64,000 nucleotides of DNA from an uncultured Acidobacteriota bacterium (GCA_963813325.1 CAWEYM010000001.1:75356-139355), one strand, 5' to 3'; positions 28,965 through 38,519 are shown, counted from the first letter of the stretch. Notes: generated by a model not told the origin, from the letters alone. Made by a program: numbers and translations.

Positions 28965-31754
28965 TCAGAACTTGATCGAGAACCCGAACCGGATGATTCG
29001 CGGGGCGAGGATCTCCGATGGGTACCCGAGCCGGGGGCCGACTGCATCGACCATGCGCACGATGACGTCGTTGTTGGTGATGTTGAACAGGTCGATCTGA
29101 GGCTCGAAGACCCGGCCGCCTGCGAACCTGAATGGGCGCGAGAAGCGCATGTCGAGCAACGTCACACTTGGCAACCGCTCATCGCCGCTCGCGTTGAGCC
29201 GAATCGTCTGGCTCGACCTCGTCATGCCCGGGAACGCCGCACGCGTCACAGCGTAGGTGAACTGTCGAGGATACCCGGTGTTGCGGACGAAGCTGCCGCT
29301 GACCGCCACGCTGACCTTCGGCACGAGGTACGTGCCCGACAGCCTGAACTGACGGGACGAGTCGTTACCGACGACACCCTGTTGGTTGATGAGGTTGTTG
29401 GGATCGTTCATGTCGCCGAAGGCGAGGCCGCCCTTGTTCCGGCCGAACGTCGCCCCGAACATCATCTGCCAGTTGTCGCTGAAGTTCTTCACGACCGTCG
29501 TTTCGACGCCGTTGTAGTCGGTGTCGAGCAGGTCAATCGCCTCTCGCAGGTTCTGCTGGAGCCCGACATACGAGGGATTCAGATTGTAGATCGTCATGGT
29601 GCCGCCGAGCGGGTTGGGCACCGTCGCCGCGGTATACGCCGTCGGCGGCACGACCGTGTTGCGGGTCCCGGTGATCTTCCGGTTCGTGCGGTGGTAGAAC
29701 ATCACGCTGATGCGCAGGTCTTTGATCAGCTGATGCTCCAACCCGGCGGTAATCTCGTCCGAGTACCCCCATTCCGGTCCGTTTGCGTCGGCGTAACGCG
29801 ACGTCGCTCCGCCTGTGAACCCCTCGAACCGGCCCAACTCGTTCGGGTCCGGGAAGTCGTTCCCATTCAGGTCTGTCCAGGCGATGTTGGCCGCGCTCAG
29901 GCTGAACGGATGCACGTTGGTGACCAGGCCGATACCGACCTGCTGCGCATAACGGCTCACGTTGCCCTTGATCGCGGTCCGGCCGTCGCCAAACGCGTCG
30001 TAAACCGCACCGAGACGCCACACCGGTCTGGATTGCTTGTAGACATCCTGCTTCGCGGTGCTCCGCTCAGACACCCACCGGCCCGCCGCGCTGGTCTGAT
30101 CGGGAATCCAGCCGGTCGCACGATCGACGCGGAACCCGATGTTGAGCGTCACGCGCCGTCCCACCGACCAGGAGTCCTGGCCGAACACGCCAAGTTGCTG
30201 GACGTAACTGACCGGCGTGACCGGCGTGTTGAATGCCCGGACCTGGACTGGCACGCGGTTGGCATAGATGAGCCGCATGTCGTAGTTCATCCGGGTGATC
30301 TCTTTGTAGTACATCCGGGTGAACTGGACGCCGGCCTTGAAGCTGTGGGAACCTCCCCAGCCTTGGCGGGCATGGTTGAACACGTTGTTGAACTGGAACC
30401 GGTAGTTCGGATTCTCGTAGTTCGCCCATGCGGCCCCGCTCGCCGAGTCGAGGACCGAGTCGGAGCGCCGGATGTCCGTCGGCGTCACCTCTTTCTGATA
30501 GCGCTCCGGATACGTGCCTGCCATGATTCCAATGGTCGACTCATAGACCAACGTGCTGCCAAGGACCGCGGTGTACTTCGCCTGAGCGGCGTACCCCGGC
30601 TGCTGCTGCACGGTGGTCGCCTTGTCCTCCATGAAGGTCTCCGGCGCCTCCGACTGGCCGCCGCGTCGATGGTACCGGTTCTTACTGTTGTAGTTGTAGA
30701 CGAGCCCGAAGTGATGGTTCGGATTGAGCTGGGCGGTCAGTTTGCCCGATCCGTTCCAGATCATGTTGTCGTCGATGGCGTTGCTGCCGTCGGGATTGAA
30801 CGCCGAGAGCAGCTTCTTGTCGACGCGCCAGCGGCGGAACGACCCGAAGAACCAGATCTTGTCCTGGAGGATCGGCCCGGCCGCGCTGGCGTTGAAATCA
30901 TACTGTCTGACGACCGGGTTGCCGCCCGGGAAGTTGTACTTGGCGCTGACATCCGCGAAGTTCTTGGACTGCAGGCTCTCGTTGCCGTAGTAGTAGCGGG
31001 CTTCGCCCTTCCAGCGGTTGCTGCCCGCCTTCGTCACCATATTCATGTAAACCCCGCCGATGTCCACTTCCGCCGGGATCGCCGAGGTCTGGTAGTTCAC
31101 CTCTTCGAACATCCCCTGGTCGTAGTAGAGCATTGTCGAGCCGCCAGCCCCGCCAGGCCAGTTCACCGACAACCCGTCCACCGTGAAGTTCTGGTCGCGC
31201 GACCCGCGTGCGGACATGCCGCTCTGCTGCATGCCCTGCGTGCCACCGACGTCGTACGTGGCGACCGTCACACCGGGAATGATCTTCGCCAGAGACCAGA
31301 CGTCACGGCCCGTCGGCACGCTCTCCATCACGTCCTGCCCCATGACCGTCTGCTGCACGTTCGACTTCGTATCGACCGTCGGCGACTCGCCCGTCACGAC
31401 GACACGCTCCTCGATCGCGCCGACCTCCAACGATACGTTGATGGTCGCAACGAGGCCCGCGCTGATGTGAATCCCCTTGCGCTCCAACCCGCGGAACCCG
31501 GCGAGCTCGAACGCGAGGTCGTAGTCGCCTGGCGGCAGGTTGTTGAATCGATACTCGCCATTGCCTTGGGTCACCTGGGTCTGCGCACCGCCAATGAGGT
31601 TCGCCCCGGCGACCGTAATCGTGACACCCGGCATCACCGCGCCGGTGTTGTCGGAAACTGTGCCCGTGATCGCGCCCGTCAGCAGTTGGGCCGACGTCGG
31701 ATGAGGGACTAGCACCAGCACCAACAGAATGGCCCCGAACAGAATGTGGCGCAG
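28965..31754 (-). CDS. TonB-dependent receptor-like outer-membrane protein with N-terminal CarboxypepD_reg domain
   Basis: ITGTVSDNTGAVMPGVTITV...GEYRFNNLPPGDYDL forms a beta-sandwich, followed by a long barrel region and the C-terminal FGFSIKF. The 5' end is set at a proposed CTG (31754); the canonical TTG is at 31724 (see findings). Confidence 0.85.
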   Translation of the reverse strand: MRHILFGAILLVLVLVPHPTSAQLLTGAITGTVSDNTGAVMPGVTITVAGANLIGGAQTQVTQGNGEYRFNNLPPGDYDLAFELAGFRGLERKGIHISAGLVATINVSLEVGAIEERVVVTGESPTVDTKSNVQQTVMGQDVMESVPTGRDVWSLAKIIPGVTVATYDVGGTQGMQQSGMSARGSRDQNFTVDGLSVNWPGGAGGSTMLYYDQGMFEEVNYQTSAIPAEVDIGGVYMNMVTKAGSNRWKGEARYYYGNESLQSKNFADVSAKYNFPGGNPVVRQYDFNASAAGPILQDKIWFFGSFRRWRVDKKLLSAFNPDGSNAIDDNMIWNGSGKLTAQLNPNHHFGLVYNYNSKNRYHRRGGQSEAPETFMEDKATTVQQQPGYAAQAKYTAVLGSTLVYESTIGIMAGTYPERYQKEVTPTDIRRSDSVLDSASGAAWANYENPNYRFQFNNVFNHARQGWGGSHSFKAGVQFTRMYYKEITRMNYDMRLIYANRVPVQVRAFNTPVTPVSYVQQLGVFGQDSWSVGRRVTLNIGFRVDRATGWIPDQTSAAGRWVSERSTAKQDVYKQSRPVWRLGAVYDAFGDGRTAIKGNVSRYAQQVGIGLVTNVHPFSLSAANIAWTDLNGNDFPDPNELGRFEGFTGGATSRYADANGPEWGYSDEITAGLEHQLIKDLRISVMFYHRTNRKITGTRNTVVPPTAYTAATVPNPLGGTMTIYNLNPSYVGLQQNLREAIDLLDTDYNGVETTVVKNFSDNWQMMFGATFGRNKGGLAFGDMNDPNNLINQQGVVGNDSSRQFRLSGTYLVPKVSVAVSGSFVRNTGYPRQFTYAVTRAAFPGMTRSSQTIRLNASGDERLPSVTLLDMRFSRPFRFAGGRVFEPQIDLFNITNNDVIVRMVDAVGPRLGYPSEILAPRIIRFGFSIKF

Positions 31755-31826
31755 GTGACTCCTGTGTCTGGGGGCAGAAAGCCAACCGTCGGGCGCGCGC
31801 CGTATTGAACGATGATGTGAGGCGGG

Positions 31827-31856
31827 ACCCTATCACAGGAGATTTCAGGTCGTCAA
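31827..31856 (-). promoter_or_regulatory. Putative promoter of the TonB receptor operon
   Basis: The minus strand reads TTGACG, an 18-nt spacer ending in TGa, then TAGGGT, about 65 nt upstream of the proposed start. Confidence 0.45.
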
Positions 31857-32012
31857 GTCATAACTCCGTCGTGCGTGTCCACACCGGCTTCGGAAATCAC
31901 GACGGCCTCCGCGACCTGGTCTCGTCGAGCCCGGCGCCGACCGGATCCGCCGGGCCGGTCCGCCGGCGCGCAGGGCCTTTCTGGCGCCCGGCCACCGCAG
32001 TGGCAGGCGCCT

Positions 32013-32021
32013 TGGTAGAAT
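32013..32021 (+). promoter_or_regulatory. Extended -10 box TGgTAGAAT, 10 nt before the small-ORF ATG
   Basis: Read directly: cttGGTAGAATcactctggcgATG. Confidence 0.45.
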
Positions 32022-32031
32022 CACTCTGGCG

Positions 32032-32313
32032 ATGCCCTTCATCTACCGCGACGACGTCCTCGAGCAGCTCGCCGCCCACGGGGTCCGCCCGCGGGCAGCC
32101 ACCAGGCCCGGGCTCGTGATGGCCTACCTGAACGACCTGTACCGCTACGAGATCCGGCGGCTGAAACGGCGCCTGCTCCGCGGCGAGTTTCCGCAAGGCG
32201 AGTACATCGGCCGGGTGGTGGGCTTGCGCCGGAAATACCCGCTCATCTCGATCCCCGTGCAGGCGTGGATGGCTCCCGGCAGCGACCGTCCCGACGACCA
32301 GCCCCTCTGCTGA
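32032..32313 (+). CDS. Hypothetical small protein (93 aa)
   Basis: Composition is not shadow-like (MPFIYRDDVLEQLAAHGV...YRYEIRRLKRRLL). The ATG sits 10 nt after an extended -10 box. I recognise no family. Confidence 0.45.
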   Translation: MPFIYRDDVLEQLAAHGVRPRAATRPGLVMAYLNDLYRYEIRRLKRRLLRGEFPQGEYIGRVVGLRRKYPLISIPVQAWMAPGSDRPDDQPLC

Positions 32314-32520
32314 CGCTCCACGCCGCGGCGATCCCGGGGGACGACGCCGCCCCGCGATCCGCGAGCCGCCGCCCCGCAGGCCAGACGGGATCACGCCGCA
32401 TGCGTTCCCGGCCGGGCTGGATCCGCGGCGATCCGGAGGACGACCCTGCGCAGGTCCGCACGCCGTGAGCTCGGCGTCCGTGAGTGCGCCGCACGCCGAC
32501 AGCCGCACGCCGACACCGCC

Positions 32521-32556
32521 TGGACAGCTAGATTTCGAAGTGATATCATTTCGAAA
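32521..32556 (+). promoter_or_regulatory. Promoter (TGGACA-17-TATCAT) overlapped by a 24-bp near-perfect palindrome, upstream of DUF2207
   Basis: TTTCGAAGTGATATCATTTCGAAA (32533..32556) pairs at 11 of 12 positions. It forms an AT-rich island in GC-rich DNA, 49 nt before GTG 32605. Confidence 0.55.
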
Positions 32557-32604
32557 GCATGCACCCGCGACCCGCCTGCCGACGGCGGATCGACTGGAGG
32601 CGAC

Positions 32605-34302
32605 GTGGTACGGTGGCGTCTCGTTCTGCCAGTCCTCGTGGCGCTCGCGCTGCCGGCACTCCCGGCCGCCGCGGCCAAGCCGTTTCGAGCCGATCGCTTC
32701 GATGTCCGGCTCGCATTGTCGACCGACGGGTCTCTCGTCGTCACCGAGCACGCGGTGTTCGTGTTCGGCCCCGATCCCTTCACCACCGTCTTCCGCGAAC
32801 TGCCGACGCGCCGGACGGACGGAATCACCGTCGTGTCGGCGTCGATGGACGGGATCCCCCTCGACCGCGGGAAGAGCCAGGGGCAGGTCGAGGTGAGGCG
32901 CACCGACAACGGGCGACGACGCGTCACCTGGCGCTTTGCGCCGACGGCCAACTCGACGCACACCTTCGAGCTGACCTATCGCGTGCTGGGTGTCGTGGTC
33001 CCCGCCGGCGATGAAGACGCCTTCGCCTGGCATCTCCTGCCCGCCAGCCACGAGTATCCGATCGCCTGCAGCCGCGTGCAGGTCGTGCCGCCCGCCGGGT
33101 TCTCGGGTCCCTACTCGGTGACCGTGGATCCGCCGGCCACCCGGAACGAACGCGAGGCGACCGGGGCGTCGACGTTCGAGCGGTGCGGCATCGACCGGAA
33201 CGAGACGTGGGTCGCGACGATCCGATTTCCGCTGCACGCGCTGGCGCAGGGGCCGCCGGCATGGCAGGAGACCGCCGCGCGCGCACGCCGGTGGGGCCCG
33301 GCGTTCGCCACCGCGGGCGGCCTGATTCTGGTCAGCGGCCTGATGCTCCTGTTCTTCTACTGGAACAACCACCGGGCGACGCTGGCCTCGGACGATCGAA
33401 CCGGCCGCGAGCCGGCGCCGCGTGGCGACCTGCCGGTCGCCCTGGCGGGCGTGCTGACGCGTTCCGCAGCGCTGCCGACCTGGGGGAACCTGGTCGCCGC
33501 GCTGCTGGACCTGGCCCGGCGCGGGTTCATCCGCATCGATGAGGCGGACAAGAGGTGGGGCCAGCGGCAGTTCTCGGTGATCAAGGTGGGCGAGCCGCGC
33601 GACCTGCCATCGCACGAGCGCGTCGTGATGGACATGCTCTTCGTCACGGGCAAGGGCCCGCGTGGCAGCGTCAAGTTGTCCGATCTGAAGACGGCGGCGC
33701 CGAAGGCCTGGAAGCTGTTCCGCCGGGCGGTCCGCGAGGACCTCCGGCAACGGGGCCTGATCAGTTCCGAGCGTGAGCGCTCCTCCGCCGTGCTGCAGCG
33801 CATCGGCCTGGCCGTGGTCGTGGTCGCGATCGCCGGGCTGGCGGTCGCGGCCAGCTTCGTAGCCCGCTTCCAGGGCTGGCCCCTGGCCGTTCCCGTGAGC
33901 CTGCTCGTCGTCGGCGTGGTGACGTTTGGGGTCGCCGCGTCTCTCTCGCCGCTCTCCGACGAGGGCCTGCGCCAGGCCGTGCACTGGAAAGCGTTCTCCC
34001 GCTCACTCGCCGATGCCGGGCGCGCACGTGGCCGCGCCGCGGATCCCGCGCGGTTCGAGGCGTACCTGACGTACGCCGTGACGTTCGGGGTCGCGCTGGC
34101 GTGGGCCAAGGCGCTCCAGAAGGGCGGGGCGGGTGCGATGCCCGGCTGGCTCGGCCACCTCGGCCACGAAGGGGAGGGCGGCATGGCGGGCCTGGTCGCG
34201 GTGCTGTCGGCCGCCCACGGAGCGGGAGGCCAGGTGCACGGTCATGCCGCCGGCGCCGCGGCGGCTGGCGCGGCCGGCGGGGGCGCGAGCGGCGCCCATT
34301 GA
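32605..34302 (+). CDS. DUF2207-family membrane protein
   Basis: Has a signal peptide, an N-terminal beta-rich ectodomain (FDVRLALSTDGSLVVTEHAVFVF), TM helices and a Gly/Ala-rich C-terminus. GGAGG lies 4 nt before GTG 32605. Confidence 0.8.
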   Translation: MVRWRLVLPVLVALALPALPAAAAKPFRADRFDVRLALSTDGSLVVTEHAVFVFGPDPFTTVFRELPTRRTDGITVVSASMDGIPLDRGKSQGQVEVRRTDNGRRRVTWRFAPTANSTHTFELTYRVLGVVVPAGDEDAFAWHLLPASHEYPIACSRVQVVPPAGFSGPYSVTVDPPATRNEREATGASTFERCGIDRNETWVATIRFPLHALAQGPPAWQETAARARRWGPAFATAGGLILVSGLMLLFFYWNNHRATLASDDRTGREPAPRGDLPVALAGVLTRSAALPTWGNLVAALLDLARRGFIRIDEADKRWGQRQFSVIKVGEPRDLPSHERVVMDMLFVTGKGPRGSVKLSDLKTAAPKAWKLFRRAVREDLRQRGLISSERERSSAVLQRIGLAVVVVAIAGLAVAASFVARFQGWPLAVPVSLLVVGVVTFGVAASLSPLSDEGLRQAVHWKAFSRSLADAGRARGRAADPARFEAYLTYAVTFGVALAWAKALQKGGAGAMPGWLGHLGHEGEGGMAGLVAVLSAAHGAGGQVHGHAAGAAAAGAAGGGASGAH

Positions 34303-34316
34303 CCGGGCGCTCCGGA

Positions 34317-35075
34317 TCAGGTCCGCGGATGCTCCGGATCCACGTAGGGGTGCCGTAGTTCGACGGGCGGTGTCCTGTGCCGCACGCGCAGGTTGATCGA
34401 CTCGACGAACACCGAGAAGCCCATCGCGAAGTAGATGTACCCCTTCGAGATGTGCTGCCCGAATCCGTCGGCGATGAGCGACACCCCAATCAACAGCAGG
34501 AAGCTCAAGGCGAGGATCTTCACGGTCGGGTGGTGGTCGACGAACGCGCTGACGGCGTCGGCCGACACCATCATGACGCCCACCGCCAGGACGACGGCCG
34601 TGACCATCACGGCGAGGTCATTCGCCATGCCGACGGCGGTGATCACCGAGTCCAGCGAAAAGACGATGTCGAGCAGCATGACCTGGATGATGACCGCCGT
34701 GAACGACGGCAGGACGCGGGCCGACTCGTGACCTTCGTCCCCTTCCAGCTTGTCGTGGATCTCGAAGGTGCTCTTCCCCAGCAGGAAGAGCCCGCCGCCG
34801 ATCAGGATCATGTCGCGGCCGGCGAACCCGTGCCCGAACAGGGTGAAGAGCGGCGCGGTCAGCCGGATCATCCAGGCCAGCGACATGAGCAGGCCGATCC
34901 GCATGAACATCGCGAGGAACAGGCCCAGTCGCCTGGCCCGCGGCCGCTGGGCGGGCGGGAGCCTGCCGGCGAGGATCGAGATGAAGATCACGTTGTCGAC
35001 GCCGAGTACGACCTCGAGGGCAGTCAGCGTGACGAGTGCGATCCAGGTATGGGGAGAAGTCAGCCAGTCAATCAT
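34317..35075 (-). CDS. TerC-family integral membrane protein
   Basis: Has the TerC motif ALEVVLGVDNVIFISILA. 252 aa, multi-TM. Confidence 0.9.
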   Translation of the reverse strand: MIDWLTSPHTWIALVTLTALEVVLGVDNVIFISILAGRLPPAQRPRARRLGLFLAMFMRIGLLMSLAWMIRLTAPLFTLFGHGFAGRDMILIGGGLFLLGKSTFEIHDKLEGDEGHESARVLPSFTAVIIQVMLLDIVFSLDSVITAVGMANDLAVMVTAVVLAVGVMMVSADAVSAFVDHHPTVKILALSFLLLIGVSLIADGFGQHISKGYIYFAMGFSVFVESINLRVRHRTPPVELRHPYVDPEHPRT

Positions 35076-35273
35076 GTGGGTGCGTCCGCAGGTGTCCGGT
35101 TATCTTACGCCAGTCCGCTCCGTGGGCGTGGCGGCGCGTTGACGCCCCGGCCCCGGGGCGCCTAAGATGCGGAACGCTGCGTTCGTTCACGCCCGCCCGA
35201 CGCGGCGGCATTCCGGAGCATTCACCTGGACCTGACCCCTGCGGCCTCACGCGCGTCCGTCCCTGGAGGATCC

Positions 35274-37535
35274 ATGCGCACGGCAGTTCGTCCTCTCCTC
35301 GCGGCCGCGCTGGTGGCGGCCGTCGGCCTGACCTTCTCGATCCACCTGAGCGGCGCGGCGAAGCCTCCCGCCAGGAGGCAGTTCACCTACGACCAGGTGT
35401 TCAGCGTGCCGGCGATGCCTGTCACGCCCGATGCCCCGGGCGAAGGCGGCGTGCTCGGGCGGCTGCCCGTCGTCTCCGGCTGGCTCGACGACGACCACTA
35501 TCTCGAGACCCGGACCGACCCGGCGGACAAGCAGCGCAAGGTGTTTTCGGTGAGCGCGATCGACGGCTCGGCCGTCATCCACCGCGATTACAGCGAGATC
35601 CAGAAGAACCTGCCGGCCGGTTTCCTGGCGGCGATGGCCACCACGTCGACGCCCGGCCTGACGAGGTTCGCGTGGGCGCAGCAGGGCGACCTCTACTTCT
35701 ATGACGCTCCGGCCAGGGCGTTTCGGCGCCTGACCGCGAGCGCCGGCGAGGAGAAGAACCCCCGCTTCTCGCCCGACGGGAAGTGGATCGCGTACACGCG
35801 CGACAACAACCTCTTCGCGTACGACCTCGACAAGGACCTCGAGCGACAGCTCACCAGTGACGGGAGTGACACGATCCTCAACGGCTACGCCTCGTGGGTC
35901 TACATGGAGGAGATCCTGGGCCGCGCGACCGCCTACGCCGCGTTCTGGTGGTCGCCCGACAGCACGCGGCTGGCCTTCATGCGGTTCGATGACGGCCCGG
36001 TGCCCGTCTTCCCGATCTTCCACGCCGATGGCCAGCACGGCGAACTCGAGCGCCAGCGCTACCCCAAGGCGGGCGATCCCAATCCGTACGTCCAGATGGG
36101 GGTTGCGACCGTCGCCGACGGCAGGCTCGCCTGGATGGACTTCGACCCGAAGGCCGATCACTACATCGCGTGGCCATTCTGGTCGGCGGACTCCGGGACG
36201 CTCACCGTCCAGTGGATGAACCGCGGCCAGGACACGCTCCGGCTCTACGCCTGCAACCCCGCCGATGGCCGCAAAACGATGATCTTCGAGGAGAAGCAGC
36301 CGAGCTGGGTCGACTGGTTCGAGGACCTGACGTACCTGAAGAACGGCCAGGGCTTCCTCGTTCGCAGCGCCGTGGACGGCTGGGAGCATCTCTACCTCTA
36401 CAACACCGACGGATCGCTGAGAACACGCCTGACCTCCGGCGCGTGGCGCGTCAATTCGATCGCCGCGGTGGACGAGGCGAACGGCTACATCTACTTCATC
36501 GGCCGGCCCGGCAAGACGTGGGACGCCCAGCTCATGCGCGTCAGGTTCGACGGCAGCGCGCCGGAGACGCTGACCAGGACGGAGGGCGTGCACCGCGCCT
36601 GGGTCTCGCCGAAGGGCTCGTACTACATCGACAGCGTGAGCACGGTCGCCACGCCGGGCGTGATGAACCTCTACAAGACGGACGGCACGCTCGTGCGGAA
36701 GCTGGGCGATCAGAGGACGCCCGCGCTCGACGAGTATGCCCTCGGCAAGGTCGAGCTGTTCACCATCCCCTCGGAGGATGGCCAGTTCCAGCTGCCCGCC
36801 TACTGGGTCCTGCCGCCGGAGTTCGACGCGAAGAACACGAAGAAGCAGTACCCGGTGGTCTTCGCGATTTACGGAGGCCCCGACGCCGGCCGCGTCCACA
36901 ACACCTGGGTCGGCCTGCAGGCACAGTACTGGGCCCAGCACGGCATCATCACGATCAGCGTCGACCACCGGGGCAGCGGGGCCTTCGGCAAGCAGGGCGT
37001 CGCGCTGATGCATCGCAACCTCGGCAAGTGGGAGATGGCCGACCTCATCGCGGCAGTGAAATGGCTGCGCGCGAAGCCTTTCATCGCCCGTGACCGCATT
37101 GGCATCACGGGCGGCTCCTACGGCGGCTATACGACCACGATGGCCCTGACCTGCGGCGCGGAGTACTTCAACTTCGGGCAGGCCGGCTCATCGGTCACCG
37201 ACTGGCAGCTGTACGACTCGGTCTACACCGAGCGCTACATGGACACGCCGAAGGAGAATCCTGACGGCTACAAGAACGGCGCCGTGCTGACCTGGGCCGA
37301 ACGCTACCGGGACGGGTTGCGGCTCACGCACGGCACGATCGATGACAACGTGCACACGCAGAACACGATCCAGGTCGTGGACTGGCTGACGACGCACAAC
37401 AAGCGTTTCGAACTGATGCTCTATCCGGACAGCCGGCACGGCATCCAGGCCGGCCAGCGCGCGCACGCCATGCGCGAGACGCACGACTTCTGGATGCGCA
37501 CGCTCCTCGCGCCGCCCGCGCCCGGAAAGAAGTAG
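35274..37535 (+). CDS. Dipeptidyl-peptidase IV-like S9 serine peptidase, secreted
   Basis: DPPIV N-terminal propeller region plus nucleophile motif GITGGSYGGYT and C-terminal GTIDDNVH. GGAGGA lies before the ATG. Confidence 0.9.
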   Translation: MRTAVRPLLAAALVAAVGLTFSIHLSGAAKPPARRQFTYDQVFSVPAMPVTPDAPGEGGVLGRLPVVSGWLDDDHYLETRTDPADKQRKVFSVSAIDGSAVIHRDYSEIQKNLPAGFLAAMATTSTPGLTRFAWAQQGDLYFYDAPARAFRRLTASAGEEKNPRFSPDGKWIAYTRDNNLFAYDLDKDLERQLTSDGSDTILNGYASWVYMEEILGRATAYAAFWWSPDSTRLAFMRFDDGPVPVFPIFHADGQHGELERQRYPKAGDPNPYVQMGVATVADGRLAWMDFDPKADHYIAWPFWSADSGTLTVQWMNRGQDTLRLYACNPADGRKTMIFEEKQPSWVDWFEDLTYLKNGQGFLVRSAVDGWEHLYLYNTDGSLRTRLTSGAWRVNSIAAVDEANGYIYFIGRPGKTWDAQLMRVRFDGSAPETLTRTEGVHRAWVSPKGSYYIDSVSTVATPGVMNLYKTDGTLVRKLGDQRTPALDEYALGKVELFTIPSEDGQFQLPAYWVLPPEFDAKNTKKQYPVVFAIYGGPDAGRVHNTWVGLQAQYWAQHGIITISVDHRGSGAFGKQGVALMHRNLGKWEMADLIAAVKWLRAKPFIARDRIGITGGSYGGYTTTMALTCGAEYFNFGQAGSSVTDWQLYDSVYTERYMDTPKENPDGYKNGAVLTWAERYRDGLRLTHGTIDDNVHTQNTIQVVDWLTTHNKRFELMLYPDSRHGIQAGQRAHAMRETHDFWMRTLLAPPAPGKK

Positions 37536-37550
37536 CCGGGAGTGCCGTCG

Positions 37551-38519
37551 ATGGCCCAGCCGCCCATTCGCGTGTTCGCACCGGCCTCGGTCTCCAACGT
37601 GGGGCCGGGCTTCGACGTCCTCGGCTTCGCCCTCCACCGGCCCGGGGATCTCGTCGAGATCGAGCCTGGGTCGTCCCCGGGCATCGAGATCGTGGCGGTG
37701 ACGGGCGATGGCGGCGCCTTGAGCATCGACCCGACCCGCAACGTGGCGGGCGTCGCGGCAGCCGACGTGCTGGCCCGCGTCCGCGCCCGGGTCGCGGGTG
37801 GTGCCCGGGATGTCCCGGCCGGCCTCCGCATCCGGCTGCACAAGCAGATGCCGCTCGCCAGCGGTCTGGGCAGCTCGGGCGCTTCGGCCGCCGCGGCGGC
37901 CGTCGCCGCCAACGAACTGCTGGGACGCCTGCTCACGCGCGAGGAACTGGTGCTGAGCGCCATGGAAGGCGAACGCGTCGCCTGCGGGTCGCCGCACGCG
38001 GACAACGTCGCGCCGGCGATCCTCGGGGGGTTCGTCCTCATCCGGAGCTATGCCCCGCTCGACCTCGTGCGGCTCCCCGTGCCGGACGGCCTGCACGTCA
38101 CGGTGGTGCACCCGCACTGCGAGGTGTCCACCGCCGAGGCGCGCCGCCTGCTGGACGGCCGGCGTTTCGCGCTCGGCGACATCGTCGCCAACGGGGGCAA
38201 TCTGGCCGCGCTCATCGCGGCGTTGTACCGAAACGATCTCGAGTTGCTCGGCCGCTGCATCGAGGATCGGCTGGTGGAGCCCGTGCGGGCGGCGTTGATC
38301 CCCGGGTTCGCGGCCGCCCGCCATGCCGCGATCGAGGCAGGCGCGCTTGGCTGTTCGATATCGGGGTCAGGCCCCTCCGTCTTTGCGTTCGCGGACTCGC
38401 CCGATGTCGCGGCGCGGGCCGCGCGGGCGATGCGGGCCGCGTTTCGCTCGGCGGCGGACCTGGGCAGCGAGGCGTACGTGGGCCCGATCAACGCTGCGGG
38501 CGCACGGGTGCTGCCATGA
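37551..38519 (+). CDS. thrB: Homoserine kinase
   Basis: IRVFAPASVSNVGPGFDVLG and the GHMP motif PLASGLGSSGASAAAAA. ATG 37551 lies 8 nt after GGGAG; the track start GTG 37542 is also possible. Confidence 0.9.
   Translation: MAQPPIRVFAPASVSNVGPGFDVLGFALHRPGDLVEIEPGSSPGIEIVAVTGDGGALSIDPTRNVAGVAAADVLARVRARVAGGARDVPAGLRIRLHKQMPLASGLGSSGASAAAAAVAANELLGRLLTREELVLSAMEGERVACGSPHADNVAPAILGGFVLIRSYAPLDLVRLPVPDGLHVTVVHPHCEVSTAEARRLLDGRRFALGDIVANGGNLAALIAALYRNDLELLGRCIEDRLVEPVRAALIPGFAAARHAAIEAGALGCSISGSGPSVFAFADSPDVAARAARAMRAAFRSAADLGSEAYVGPINAAGARVLP

Noticed and set aside
35076-35273. Possible yybP-ykoY (Mn) riboswitch upstream of the TerC-family gene, which is a common association.
   Set aside because: I could not find the conserved GGGGAGUAG / GACAUA-type core on the minus strand. 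I saw only a GC palindrome (CGCCCCGG..CCGGGGCG). It needs an Infernal scan to exclude, and I make no call.
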